This document shows, piece by piece, positions 1-13,392 of a DNA stretch of 64,000 bases (positions are counted from its first letter, which is position 1; each line of letters begins with the position of its first letter). The stretch spans positions 1 through 64,000 of the forward strand of contig MCFE01000174.1 of the NCBI GenBank assembly GCA_002104905.1. The letters run 5' to 3'. The notes beneath the pieces were generated by a model. It had not been told where the DNA came from, did no database searches, and worked only from the letters and a program-made list of their open reading frames with translations. Origin of the DNA: Basidiobolus meristosporus CBS 931.73 (taxonomy: Eukaryota > Fungi > Basidiobolomycota). Both the position numbers and the translations under genes were made by a program.

Positions 1-2397
1 CACACTTGAACCATCGATTCAGCATGCTTTCTACAAGCCTGACAGCACCACCAAAGCAAATATTGCCCACTTCATGTGTGAGTTGGTTGAGAACTCCAAT
101 ACCTGGAATGAGTGGAAATTCAAAATGCCGGTTATTTACGATACCAAACAGTAAGCATTCTCAATCTGTAATATTGATGGATCGGGGGAGTTTCGACCGG
201 TCTTTTAGACCGTTAATAAAATCGATGTAGTTGAAGCCTGGTGGAATATTTTCATGTGGTAATTGGAAGGTTTTAACGTGAGCGCCACCAATGGCTTTCA
301 GAAGGGTTACCTATGTAGTACGTTCTTTAGTATCTTCCATACATCACCCAACTCAGGTCGAGGTCAGTTATCTGTCAGCATTCAACCAACATTCAAAACT
401 ACCTTTTTCAAAGCCGGAATTTTCTAACCCTACCAGTAGGCCAACCATCACAACTGACCCAAAAGCTACCGAAGTGCAGGAGATTCTGCCATGCACCATG
501 TAAAAGAGGGTACAATATCCAACATACTTGAGCATGTAGGCTATTCTCATGTGTCGCAAGATCCAGTTGAGCCTTTTGAGGCTAGCAAACCCGTCAAACT
601 ATGATTGATACCATTTTGTGTCCTCTCTTGATGCAAAGTCGGATAACTTCACCAAGCACTGCCATCTTTCGAGGTCAAGCAGCTCTTTTTCCGCATTTCC
701 TATAATAGCTGCACTCCCACCAATCCTCTCGAACCCTATATTAAAGCTAGCAGAGGAATCGACTTCAGTTACGGATTAGGCAATACGCGATTCGCCTTGA
801 TCGAGCCCTATTAAGACAAGCATATTAGTTGGTATCGCACGATAATTAACCGCATGAAATGAACGATTTTCATACCAGGAGTTACCTCCAACAATACCTC
901 CATTCAACTAAGTGGCCACTCCCATACAGGAGCGACCGTCAGCTAGCACCAAGAAAAAGAATAATAGAGGTGGGCATTTTCTAATATGAATAGTACTTGC
1001 TTTCCCAAATTAGGCGAGAGTGGTCACAGCCGATTGGGATCGACTCATGTAGCTGGCTTGAGAGGAAACCCCGAAGAAAGATATTATGTAGATTGCTCAT
1101 GAAGCAGAGACCAGCATGTTCGCACTAATCAAAGTTACTCGATGTTTTATTTGGGCACCAGATGCAGGAGATAAGTGTTTGGAAGGTGTATCTAGCGCCA
1201 TGTACCAATATATTGCCCACTCGCTCGAAGGGCAAATCGTAAGGAGGGGGTTAAAGAATATGCACACCGGCTACGCGCTTACTCTGAGCCACCAGCAGAG
1301 TGGCTTATGAGAAACCCATTATGGGGTTCAAAATTTCATTTATCATATCTACCCACCATCAGGTAAATAAATAAGTTCAAACGGATCGGCAGAAGCCATC
1401 TGGCTACATCAAACTCCCGCTCGTTTCCTCTGGTGGTAGCGAATAGATGTAGGTATATGTGCACAAATCGGTGAACCCAGTACTAGCATTACCAGGTGTA
1501 CGTAAGGCTGGCGGGTGAGTGTGCCTTGACACCCAACCCTAACAGTTTTGACTCCTTTGGTTTAAAGATATTTGTTCCCTCACTCTCCCCCAGATAAATC
1601 TTGTTTCGAATCTTTTGCAAATCCGTGGTCACCCCATGGAGCAGTCCAAAGGATACGAAGGCCGCTGTAAAATAATTACTACTGAGGAACGGCTATACTG
1701 GGCGCACTAGTAGTTATCATAGTGGCATACAAAGCCCATATGATGCAAAAAGCGATAGGTCAAACAGAAACCGAGGGCCATTCTTTGGTTTACCATTAAT
1801 CATCAACTTGGTTCATGATTTTAATGTCAGCAAGTGCGTCGATTTACCACCATTCATGTGTATTTTTGCTGCTCACATGTATGCCAATGCTACGATCAGA
1901 TTCGCAGTACATTACATTGAATAAAGCCGTCTTGACCTCATCATCAACTCTCATTGAGCGGTCTCTAAAAGGAGTGAGCTTTCCCGCAATCACCTGTCAA
2001 GATCTCACAAGGCATTGGTATGATTCATTATCTTTAGGTCAGTTGATTTAGGGGCTGTTAGATATCGAATCTCAGCTCGTACAAGATCTCCAATGGGTTG
2101 TTTTTGGGCTGCTGCGGATAACATGATGTTTGATGAAACCAGAAGAATTGTCATCAACCCTAAGCCACAGCCCGTTGATGAAATTGGTACAAGTATCAGC
2201 CTATTCCATGGTATCTTCTAGTAAATAGGATGAAAAGGCAGGTTTCCCACTTTCAATACCCGATATGACGAAGTGATTGATACGTAAAATTATTGGTAGC
2301 GCATATATTAGTCAAGCCCTCATATCCGGCTCATCAGTGAGAAGGGGGAGGCAGGAGAGATGGATTTGTCATCAGATATTCCATCATCTTCCGCCAT
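1..2397 (-). pseudogene. Possible decayed coding relic, perhaps protein-kinase-like (very tentative)
   Basis: Manual minus-strand translation gives protein-like stretches broken by TGA/TAA/TAG. Examples: GFAKDSKQDLSGGE*GNKYL*TKGVKTV (~1535-1625), loosely like the fungal-kinase KDSW..EG..L...GV..V pattern, and LVKLSDFA (~632-657). No intact ORF. Confidence 0.2.
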
Positions 2398-2461
2398 GCG
2401 AAGCCCTCCTACTTGCTATATTATAAATAGTGTTTGGTTGTTTTGAACGAAACTTGTCAAT

Positions 2462-3333
2462 ATGCCCTCTTCTGATAACAGTCGCTACGAGCTATACTAT
2501 TTCGATGGCCCTGGCCGTGGAGAGGTCACGCGCTTTCTTCTGGAATACGGAAAGGTATCTTTTGCACCCGAAAGCACCTGATTTATGCTCACCAATGTTA
2601 CTCCAACTTAGGCCAACTGGTCTGAACGTCACCCTAGTGTAAGCAATTGCATTGTATTTGTTATCTCGCGGTCTGCCTAACTCTAAATTCGCTTCGTAGG
2701 CTTGGGCAGAGGAAAAAGCAAGCACTCCGTTTGGGTGCCTTCCTGTTCTCATTGAACACCTTGAGGATGGATCGGTGAGCGCTTTTTACATCCTTCTCAA
2801 TCTCCTTCGCTTTATTCAAATCACCTGAAAGGAATTCCACCTCGGAGAAAGCCACGCTATTGAGCGCTATCTGGCCCGTAAATTCGGTGAGGTTTCGTCA
2901 CGTATTATGATGCAGGATATTTAATTGGCTAACAGAATCATTAGGTCTGCTTGGCTCCAATGCACGTGAGGCTGCATTGATCGATAGTTTTGCTGAGGAA
3001 TGGGCAAGTTTGATAAATGCATTGGTTCAATACCGCTTTGGCAAGAACGATACTCTCAAAGAAGCTGGTAAGGAGAATATCAAGACCTCGTCAGAAGCAA
3101 TCTTGAAATACCATGAAAAGCAACTGGCAAAGAATGGGAATGGTTACTACGTTGGATCGAAGCTCTCCCTTGTTGATTTGATTGCATACAACATGACTTT
3201 GGCGGTCAAGAACTTCGGCCAAGATCTGTTCTCTAACGCACCAGGTCTAAACAAATTAGTTAAGACCGTTGAGGATCATCCGGTGATTGGCCCATACGCT
3301 CGTCAACGCATCAGTGCAAATACCCCCATGTGA
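2462..3333 (+). CDS. Glutathione S-transferase, sigma-like; 5 exons (2462-2554, 2612-2638, 2700-2774, 2832-2886, 2945-3333)
   Basis: Spliced translation MPSSDNSRYELYYFDGPGRGEVTRFLLEYGK/ANWSERHPS/AWAEEKASTPFGCLPVLIEHLEDGS/EFHLGESHAIERYLARKFG/LLGSNAREAALID... has the GST-N motifs (YF.G.GR.E, PFG.LPVL, ES.AI.RYLARKFG) and the GST-C motif YVGSKLSLVDL. All four introns are GT-AG and the phases match. Confidence 0.93.
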
Positions 3334-5507
3334 ATAAAGATCTCTTGATATGGTATTGACACCTAAGCCTGAAAGTTAGGAACATCCAACTCAACACATA
3401 ACGCCTTCGGATAAGTAAAGGTGGATAGTATAGCAAGCCATCGGCGCTCCTGTGTAGGGTAAATCCAACACCTACTATAGTGTTCAACCTCGAACAGACG
3501 GAGCCAATTTTCACTGCCAAAATGCTTCGAAAGCAGAGACCCCATCTCCTGAATCACCAAGGGACGGATACGGCGAACCACCAGAATAAGTAGTTGATAC
3601 TGACCACGAATTGGCTGACCTGTTGAAGATCTTTCAATCGCGATAGTATTCGATGTTTTTCTGCGACTGAAGCTGATATTTAGTGGAAGCGGAATTTCGG
3701 CTTTTCAAAGCCCACGGTACAACGATCCTGTACTTCGATTCCACGCAGGTCTAATTGGATCACCTCCATTTTGATTACTCCTGTACACAGGGTCAACAGT
3801 ACAGCCCACCACCCAGCCCAGACGATCCTACCCCCGGCCAATTGGCCTCCACTGTGCCAGTGCGTGTGAGATAGATATGGCAATGCTATTTTTAGTGCTC
3901 CCACGAATTTGATCTCTATTCGCAACCATTCCGAAATCCCGAACTGGATAAAGGAGTGGTTTGATTGACAAGGGTCACAGATTCTCTCGATAGGAAGGCT
4001 AAGGAGCACCATGATGGATCTACCATGGCAGTGGGTATATTTGTGTTATGGATGGTGTGTCGATTAAAAATGTTGGAGTATTGAAACATCAGAATTCTAC
4101 GAAGAGTACGACTTTCGAATTCTCACACTACCCGCCTCGTTTGCGACACAATCGGCCTCAATCGTATGTACTCACCAAAGCAACAATATGCTCTAACAAT
4201 CAACAGTTGGCCTCCACTTGACCAATCTAGCCGCAATTCTTCAAGCTTCTGCATAGTAGCAGGGCTGCGAGGTTGGGTCTCGTGGGAGCCTGTTCTGAGG
4301 TCAAAACATCAGCACCACAAAGCCTGCTCTCCATCAGAAATACGCTTCGGATGCACGCAGGAAACCCGCGGAGTAGTCTAATTCCCGTTTGTCTAGATGT
4401 AGTTTGTGTAGGCATGAGTGAGTTTAGACATACTAGGAAATATCGATCTTGATTCGATTGTATATCACGGATCGACGATTCCATCCAGAATTGCATCTTG
4501 ACCGTGATTCCTGGGATTCCTTGACTCTCTGCTTAGGTCTAGCTCTTCGCCCATGCATCATCTGGTTGATTTGTGTTGGAAGTCGAGTCAGAAGAGCAAA
4601 GCTCCGGTTGGTAGTGACTCAGGATGAGAAGAGTCGAGACTTGGATTGTTACATCAGCAGGCGACCGGTTTCTAATTTAGGTAATGGAACAATCCTCCAG
4701 GCTGCGCCGAAACCCTTGAAAGATAGATACAGTCAGTGTATGCACTCAAACCAAACAAGCCATCATTCTCGCAAGTATGTATACCTCCAAGGCAGACACA
4801 GATCATCCCGCTTAACTTGTAAATGACTCAGGCGAACGAAGAATTCAATACGGGGGCCGGTCCACCGAGGTAGGCTCAACAAAGCCTAACACCAGCCTTC
4901 ACCCGTTCCACACCACACCTGTTGAGCCGAATCAGAGGACGACATTAGCGAAACCCAAAGCGGTGTGCGTCGATATAGCGTGATGCAGTTTGAGATGCTG
5001 CCATGCACCAATACTCTATATCAATACTTTTAGTATATGCATACAATTTTGTGACACTTGAAACCAGAGTTTGGGGTGATTATCTAACAGCCAATTTTTC
5101 TAGGTCTTCCTACTCTGAACTTTAGCAGGCGGACCTCAACGTAGGAATCGATCTTAGATTGGCATCTATCGCAGCTGTTTCCAAATGAGCCCCCGCTAAA
5201 GCCAAGCTTCATTCAATACTTTACCTCGTCTATCATGTATACTCGAAGCAAGATGCGTCTGAGCGTGGCCAGAGAAGCCACCAAGCCACCATTGAGACGA
5301 ATGGATTGAAAGTGGATTTATTTACAAGGTTTGTCAAGGACCAGAACAAGGATCACTAGACGCTTCGGAGATAGTATTACGTTGGAATAAACATTAAGTG
5401 GGCTAGCTGTTTGGAACAGTAAAAACGCCCGTCGAGACGTCAACAGGATCCGTACGCTCTATGATTATGGTGGCCGGCACACGAGGAATACTTTTGGAAA
5501 GACTCAT

Positions 5508-6080
5508 TCATAGGTGGGTTTTATAGTGTCTTCTTAAGTTGGATAGTACCGAGAATCGTCGCTGGCAGTTCGGAAATTCACAAACATAGGGCTTCTCACC
5601 TGTGTGGGTGTGGAGATGGACCCGAAGCGAGCTGGGGCGTGGGAACCTCTTGTGGCAAAGATGGCACACATGGCGCTTTGCGATATAATTGCGCTGATGT
5701 TTATCAGACATCTCGTTTGCATGAGAATTTTTATGCGAATACATGGCTATCTCGTCATCAGTATCAGGTGTGGTTGGAGTAGTGCCGTGAATATGCTCAT
5801 CAGAGTAGGGGCTGGTGCTGGACTCCATGAGGGATGGAAGCAAGGCCTGTAGAGTGGAGCTTGTTTTCTCTCTGTACTCCGGAAGCGATGATTTTTTGTA
5901 GGAGAAGTAATCCTGGCTGCTGACCTCGATATGTGGTTTGAACCAAGATTCTTTTGAAAACAGATCCTGAATGCTAGGAAGTTGGCTGTCAGGTGGAGTG
6001 CAGAGGCCGTTGGATTTATTTGCGGCTGAATCGTGGTACTGCGTCTGATACACGCTGTGACAAAGGCTAATATGCGACAT
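5508..6080 (-). CDS. C2H2 zinc-finger transcription factor, FlbC-like, paralogue 1 (intronless, 190 aa)
   Basis: C-terminal finger pair [50 protein letters not shown] with a canonical linker. Resembles, from memory, the Aspergillus FlbC fingers. Confidence 0.9.
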   Translation of the reverse strand: MSHISLCHSVYQTQYHDSAANKSNGLCTPPDSQLPSIQDLFSKESWFKPHIEVSSQDYFSYKKSSLPEYREKTSSTLQALLPSLMESSTSPYSDEHIHGTTPTTPDTDDEIAMYSHKNSHANEMSDKHQRNYIAKRHVCHLCHKRFPRPSSLRVHLHTHTGEKPYVCEFPNCQRRFSVLSNLRRHYKTHL

Positions 6081-9000
6081 GAAAAATGACTGAACCCAAG
6101 CGATCAGAGGTTTAACTTCAAAGACTATCCGGAATTGGGGAGGAGGATATCGAAACGCTTATGGAGAGGATAGTAATTGTGCTAATAACGGGCCATCCCC
6201 GAGCTTAAATACTCTTGGCCCCAATAATCTGAAACGACACTGAATGTCGCTGGATTGTAGATCTAACTTGAAATCCATCGTACGCCTGATCAACAGATTA
6301 GGATAGATTTAAATCAGGCCCTTTTGATTTCACATCTTAAACTATGCCTGCGATCCACGATGGATGGCCCCTCATTCCCAATATCGAGTCCGAGCCCTAG
6401 CCCAATCATGTGGATCAGCCCTCGACGTAAACATGGGATTGTCTGATATCGACTACTAAGTATGGGAAGATCCCGCTGCAAAAGGAAAGTGAGTGACTAT
6501 ATTTACTCTGGAGTAGTCCGTTGTGTAATCCACCAAGCGATCTTCAAGGCTTGAGGCTAATGAGTGCATGGATAACGTACATCGCCGAATACATGCCATA
6601 AATGTTGTGCTGACGACCACCCCCATCCTGATTAGGTAGGAGAGTGATCAAGAGTCTAAATTCCTGATTCTTGTCATACGGACGCTCACTGGTATTGGGC
6701 CGTACCGCTATGGAAATGTTACGTGGGAACCTCATTCCATCTCATCCTCCAATGGGATCTGGCCTGAGAACTGCTTTAGGAGAAGATCATTTGACAGAGT
6801 CTGTATGAATGCCATGAAATCTCCATCCTTTCAGGGCCCCCTGATTGGTGGTCAGCCTTTGAGCAGGGCAATTTTATGAGCATCCAATCTGTTACCTGAA
6901 GGCCAATAGTGGCCAGAGGAGGCGGGATGATGAAGTGGGAAGAATGAATGGTAGGCATTGGCTAGCCTCAACATTGATTATAGCGGCCATTGCATTAAGA
7001 AATTTCTCGCGGACCAGTCAGAAGTCTCATGTAACCGAGTCGAGGATATCGAGATAGGGTTTTAGAGAGATTTGATCTCCAGATGCCGAATCCCAGCCCT
7101 ATACCTTATTCATGATTCGAGCTATTGAGTCAGCGTGCAGCTCACTTACAATTCTTGAGTTCACCCCATCCCGCCAATCAGCGGGCGATGTGTCATGATT
7201 TGCTGATCACCCAAGGTCCCCTCGGGTGTTAGTGCGGATGGGTGTAACGCATTGTGGATGATCTGTAACAAGAGCAAGACAAAACCTTCCTAGCGTCTTG
7301 TACTTGGCCACTTGATACCCTTTTGTTTGTCGATTGCGTGAAATTCGATGAACACCCGATGGCACATTCACCACAACCTCATTTATCCTTATTAGGGCAA
7401 TCATTACATATGAGCCACCACCTCGATTCGTGGATGATGCCAAGTGGATGGGATCCCACCACCGCTTTGCATCGGCGCTTGGGGTTCTCGATGGAAGATT
7501 CGCTTGGACCACTGGAATCTGCAATGCGGGCCCTTGTCCTTAGAGTCAATGTTACTGAATAGGAATGTTTGTGAAGTCTGACTAGGATCAAGACGGTCCC
7601 CAAAGATCGGGAACGCGGCGATAGCACAGGAGAGTGTGTAAGACTAATCATATGGGTGATCTATCGGGTAAATGGAATTCCTCTCGATATCTTGTGAAAC
7701 AATGGCTCATGGGAAGATACGGGGCACTGGTTGGCGAAGAAGCATGGCTATTGAATTTTCCCATAGTCCTAATTGTCGTGTTCGTATTATTATTATGATG
7801 CGCCTTCCTAAACGGGCTGATCAACACCCGCCCCCCCCCCGATTCTTCATGGGCCACATCACCTATGAGATGTAGTGTGGCCACTTCTGACAGTCGATGG
7901 CATAATGATCCCAAAGAAGGCGCTCTTCGGGGATTTCATGGGTGTAACGTGGCCATACTCCAGAATTTTCTGAAGAAAGAAGTATCAACGTTAGTGTGTG
8001 GAAGGCCGCGCTCAGTTTTGATCGTGGCGAGCCCACCCGATCGAAAGGCTGACTACCTTGACCCTTGCGGTGCGGGGGCCTTTTGCAGGTGAAACCAGGG
8101 GAGATACTATTAAACCAGGTTCTAAGTTGAAGTTCATAGACGGTTAGACGTCCACAAAGAATTCATACCAACAGATGTCTCATAATCGTGCTGATGAAAT
8201 AGAGGCACGTTGCGAGCAGTAACAGGATTTCGACTCGGGTGACTTCCTGGGCAGAAAGGAAGTGCGGTTTCTAGAGGGAAGTGCAATTTCGCCTCTGACT
8301 GGGCTCACCTCCAACATCATCATATTTGGCAAACTAATTGAAAGGTAATAGGATTTCGCCAAACCACGATCAGCCGGTGCCATGCATGGACGTATTTGGG
8401 CGAGCCAGAGACATTGTTTGGTGATGCGGTGAACTATTATGGTAATGGGTTCGCCTTCTTGACATATTGAATCACTGCAAAACCATGGCCACTGATTGAG
8501 ATCTCGAATCGCTCGCGGCGTACTTGGAATAATACGATCGTATTTTGTGGATTGTCTTGCGGAATGGCGAAGAGCCTATCACCACCGTGTTGCTGATGTC
8601 AAGGTTTCGGTAGAATTACCCAAAGTACTTGCCTGCAGAGAGTGAGTGAGAAGGAGCCGTGCTGATAGGGGAATCCGATCACTGCCAGAGCCTGGCCCTA
8701 TGCTAATTCAGGTATGTGAGTGACAGACCAATGGGCCCGAGATGTCTCCATCCATGCTACTCCAGCTTCTCAAGATTTGAACACCGGATCGAAGTGTCGA
8801 TGTTGGCGGATCTATTGTGCAATCGTTGGCGTACCTGGCCTTCGCTTGGCTGCATAGCGGGCAGTCATGTCATCCAGCACAACGAGCCTCCAGGTCCAGT
8901 TGTATCCTGATTGATGGGGTTTCTTTTCAATTGGAAGACCCCAATGAGTGCTCGCCCAGCCATCATCCTACAGGATATTTTCATCGACCATCGCACGTTC

Positions 9001-9359
9001 CATGCTCGTCAATCAGAATCATTGTGGCAACGGATGATTTTTATTTGTGGGCTTTGAATGAAACTCGCATGAAGACACGGTTGTTATCTATTAAACATTC
9101 ATCATGATGGCCCAACCAATGTACGCCAACTGAATGGACTCTATGGAGGATACGTGCTCATTCGAGGTTGACCAGAACAGTGCGTGCACGGGTTCGACAC
9201 TCTGCACAGGTGTTTTTTACATTGGTGAACTGGATGATACCTTCTGAGCTGAAAGAACATCTATAGTAAAAGAAAATTGGGGGAGGGGAGAATGCCCTAC
9301 GCTGTGGCCAAAATTATATCAACAATGATGGATCTAGGCTATCTCCTTGTTATGATGGC

Positions 9360-12300
9360 TCATGAGTCGGACGGTGGGTTGAGCTGGCGCAGGTGCTGTT
9401 GGATAGCATTCATCTGTTGTGGTGTTAATCCCACGTTTTGCAGCATTAGCCCGTTTGCACCTACTGTGAAGGAGGCGGCGTCAGTCGTTGCAAAGAATCT
9501 GGAGGCGGGGCTCCAAGCGAACTTACCGTTTTGAGCAACACTTGCACCATTGGCCGCATTCATCATTTGAAGTCGTTGTTGCTGAACCAGCGGATTTGAT
9601 TGGGGAGAAAGGTTCGGAATGGGCACCTTTAAACACAGCAAACCCACCAACTTTTGATTGGTACAAACCAAGACCATCCCATAGGTGGACCCATTCATCG
9701 TGGTGAACCTTGCTGTAGCAACCTAGTATTGGAAAGCGTTGGCATTGATGTTACTACTTCAACAGGTGATTTACAACACGGTACCATTCGTTTGGATTCT
9801 AGGTTCTTGGTCAATGCCAGGTAATAGGCTTGATTTTCAGTCGAGTTCTGGCTGGCCGTTGGCAGTAGGGAAACGTATGGAAGTCGATTCTCCACTGCTA
9901 GCCGTTGTAGCTCCGGTATCTTGGCTGGCATTAGACCAGTAATGACTAGCCGTTGAGGCCATGAGTCTAGCATGCTAAATAGGGAGGATTAGTTTGGCAC
10001 GATGAGGGGGTGGACAGCAGAGCTTAGTTAGGTTAAACACTTACTATTCTTCTCTTTGGAACAAAACGCCTGTCTTGTTATTAATGGGGGAAGCGCTCAC
10101 AATGCAGCTCAACGCTCGCTGAGTACGCGTAGCAGTGTCGGTGGCATGCCAAACAATTTGACCATTCCATATAGGCTGTGGCTGGTTTGAGGCTGGGTTT
10201 TGTGCGGCCTGAGCTGCTTGCGCTGCTTGTAGCCGTAGCTGTTGGAATTTTTGAGCAGCAATTCCTTGAGTATTGGCTTGTACACCACCGTTGGCGGCCT
10301 GTAGTAATGCTGCCTGTGCCAACATGTTCGCCTGTGTTTGTGCATTGAGCTGCTGATTTGTACCAAGCAAAGGGTTGGCTGCACCACTCATGGACGCCAT
10401 GGGAGAGCTTTGGAGACTAGCGGAAGTAGTGGTTGCCGTGTTGTGAAGCATTGGGTTGATGGTGGTCGAGGTTACCGGGTCCGTTTGGCTGATACCCAAC
10501 TGATCACTCTTTTTGAGCTGTTGCTGTTGCAACTGCTGGAGCTGAGCCATCCGTTTTTGCTGCTCCTGCTGCTTTGTTACCTGTGCCTGCAGTAGGTGCT
10601 GCTTCGCTTGCGCTTGTAGGTTCTGTGTGTTGGAAATTCGAGCTTGAAACTGTTGTAGCAGCATAGGCTGTTGATTTGCTCCTCCGGGCACAGAAGTAGG
10701 AGAGCCACTTTGCCCCCCAGCGCGGTTCATGAATTGCTGCTGTGCCGCCACCTGTGCTTGGATACTCTGAATATTTTGCGCCATCATTTGTCTTTTGAGT
10801 TGCTCTTGTTGAACGGGAGACAAGGATCGAGCCATCTGTGCATTCGGAGAAGCTGAGCTCCGGTGCACTAGGGGTGACATTTGTTTTTGTTGTACTGAGG
10901 GCGAAGGCTGCTGTTGTGGAGGCGATGACGTTGAGAGTTGTGGAGATAATTGGCTTTGAGGAAGTGATGGCGATAGCTGCTGTAGTATTTGTGGGGAGTT
11001 CCGTGTAATATGCAATTGTGCTGGCTGAGGTTGTTCAACCATTACTTCGCTCTTGGGCTTTGGCTTGGGCATTTTTGAGTTGGGATGCTGTTCCGCCGGG
11101 CAGCTAGGTTGAGAAGCCTGTGACTGGGGTTGATTGAGTTTCTCGCTGTAAGCTTCAGAAGTCAGCTCTCTTTTGATAGGAGCATCAACTTTATCCTTCG
11201 AATCGAACGACTGTACCGGTGGTGGCTGAGGGGTATGCGGTAATGGGGATGTATCAACTTTTTGTCTTTTTGGAGAAGGTTGTGCAAGCGAAATTGGGAT
11301 TCCAACTGGGCTAATTCCTAGTATTCCGGGCGAAGCCTCAACAAATTCTCGTTTAAGTTCTGACGAAGGGTCAAGAATTAATTGACGTGGCCGGATTGCC
11401 GTACTTGGTCAAACACAATACCGTTTTTCGGAAGCGGTGGTGGTAGTTTGAAACCACCAAGTTTGACAACAAAATCCTTAGAATGCGTATCGTCAATATG
11501 GAAGGTCTCGATCTTGTTATCCTCATTAACCTGAAAAAGCACAGATTCGTTGCTGATTAGCAATGGCATCAAGATTGAAAGGATATAACGAGCTCACCTG
11601 TTTAGCAAGGTGCTCCAGAGATAAAAGTCCTTTTCTTAATCCGACGAAGGAGAAGCGGATTTTCTCCTATATTGGTTGTTCCCATACGGGCAAGTTAATA
11701 TAAATGCTAAGCTGGGAGCGAGCAGATGGCACCGGTACCTTGGTCATATGTGTGGTTACATCTGGGATTTTGAAGTTGTCGTATTTCTCGCTGTTATTAC
11801 ACCTGCATCCATTCAAATAAGGTGGTGTATTGGCGATCAAGACACAGTGTCGGACTGGAGCAGGGCTTTCTGTGTGTCTTGTCGTATTATGCATATCAAA
11901 CATCTAGTACAAAAATTAGAAAAATAAGCGAACTATTCTATGCCAGAGTGCAGTGTAACATACTTCCAGAGCCCCCACTAAACCTTCCGCGACTGCATTT
12001 TTTACTGGGCTGCCTTGTGTGAATCGGATTTTTTCAAGAATGTTACGAAAGAAGTGATAATCGCTCGTGAAGTATTTAGCATCAACTGTGATGACTGTTG
12101 AGGACCCATAATCTCCATAGACAACGATACCGAACTTCAATATAGGCTACGAAGGGGGACAATTATTATCAATACTGAGCAGACGTACATCTACACCCAT
12201 TGGCCTACGTTCACTTTGGTTTTCTGGTTTCCACCGGCCTCAACTATGATCGGCGTTCGTAATTGTCTATTTGATGGAGATATTAAAGTGATCCAACGAA

Positions 12301-12534
12301 AATGCCTGATGGAGGGTTGACTAACCGAATTATGGGTTCAATATATGTTTGATAGATGGTATCGAACTGTTTTGCTAAAGTTACTGTCCCCTCTAGAACA
12401 AAAATGCATAATACCTCCTGTTTAGGATAGGGATTTGCTATTACTGAAGATTGATAGGTGCTTGTATTATGCGGAGATCCAGGAGAAAGGACAGGAGAAG
12501 GTGGGCTCTTGGCTGTGTGGGTGCTCGCCAGCAT
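9360..12534 (-). CDS. MED25: Mediator subunit 25-like (VWA, Q-rich linker, ACID/PTOV); 9 exons: 12534-12326, 12266-12209, 12146-11964, 11903-11739, 11666-11598, 11530-11422, 11359-10045, 9974-9785, 9722-9360
   Basis: All introns are GT-AG with consistent phases. N-terminal motifs (CIFVLEGT, FGIVVYG, NAVAEGLVGALE, HCVLIANTPPY, KIRFSFVGLRK) follow the MED25 VWA order. The C-terminal IWNGQIVW...SWPQRLVI...MVLVCTNQKLVGL follows the ACID pattern (WSGVLEW...WPQKLIM...LMLLYS). A long Q/P/S-rich linker lies between them. Confidence 0.85.
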
Positions 12535-12986
12535 TTCAGAGGATAATATTTATTTTGAGAGCGTGATTCTTCTAACGATCAAATAGTCTCTGCAGCAAAA
12601 CCTCCTACTATTCCCTCAATGTATTTGTGTATCTGTAATGAAAGGTGAGCTACTCAAAATTGAAAACCTTAACAGGTGGGAAAGTTGTGAAGCGCATCAG
12701 TTAAGCTACCACCTTATGCATTCGAATTTTTGAAATGCAGATCATATTGAATGCTAATATGGTATTGGGTTCTTCACTGATTAAATAATTTCCATTATTG
12801 AAAAGGACCGCATATACATACGAATAAATCAACCAAGTTTCACCGCCCAGCCACTGTCTATTCACTGCTTAGCATCAATTCAAACTTCCCTATTATCAAG
12901 CGCTCTGCAAGCTTATACGTAACTTCTCTTTCTCGAACCTAATAAAGTTGATAACCTTTAAATCCAGTAGTCGAAGTTGCCCCGAG

Positions 12987-13392
12987 ATGGACATACTTGA
13001 GTCACAGGAATATAGCAACGTAGTAGGTATCTTCCCTAGAGCGCGCCTTGTTGGGTTTATACTTACTCACCCAATCTTGAACTCAACAAGGTACTTAAGA
13101 ACGTGAAGGATATGGTAAGCATATGTGATGCGACCTCTGAAAACGCCATTCACATGTCTTCCTAAATAGCAAAGTAAACTCGATGCTTTGTCAAAACACA
13201 TCTACTCCAAAAGTATGTATGCTCAGCGGATGCCCTCCCTTGCTTCAACCAAATAACGGACTTTTCTCCATAGTGGACGACATAAGCGTCAAGATAGAGG
13301 AGCTTGACAAAGCTATTAGTAAAATGGAAGCTGATATGGAAACTCCTATTGACGCAGCAGACAGTGGCCATGTCCTGGCGTCGGAAGAGTGA
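12987..13392 (+). CDS. HSBP1: Heat shock factor binding protein 1-like coiled coil; 4 exons (12987-13022, 13091-13114, 13170-13212, 13274-13392)
   Basis: Spliced product MDILESQEYSNV/VLKNVKDM/QSKLDALSKHIYSK/MDDISVKIEELDKAISKMEADME... parallels the HSBP1 pattern ([34 protein letters not shown]). GT-AG introns are in phase. Confidence 0.75.

Noticed and set aside
3680-4012. MVLLSLPIE start suggesting an F-box protein
   Set aside because: The similarity ends after nine residues, with no further F-box pattern or supporting exons.
10109-10856. Overlapping short ORFs within the MED25-like exon 7
   Set aside because: They are alternate-frame or antisense shadows of the CAG/CAA-rich coding sequence.
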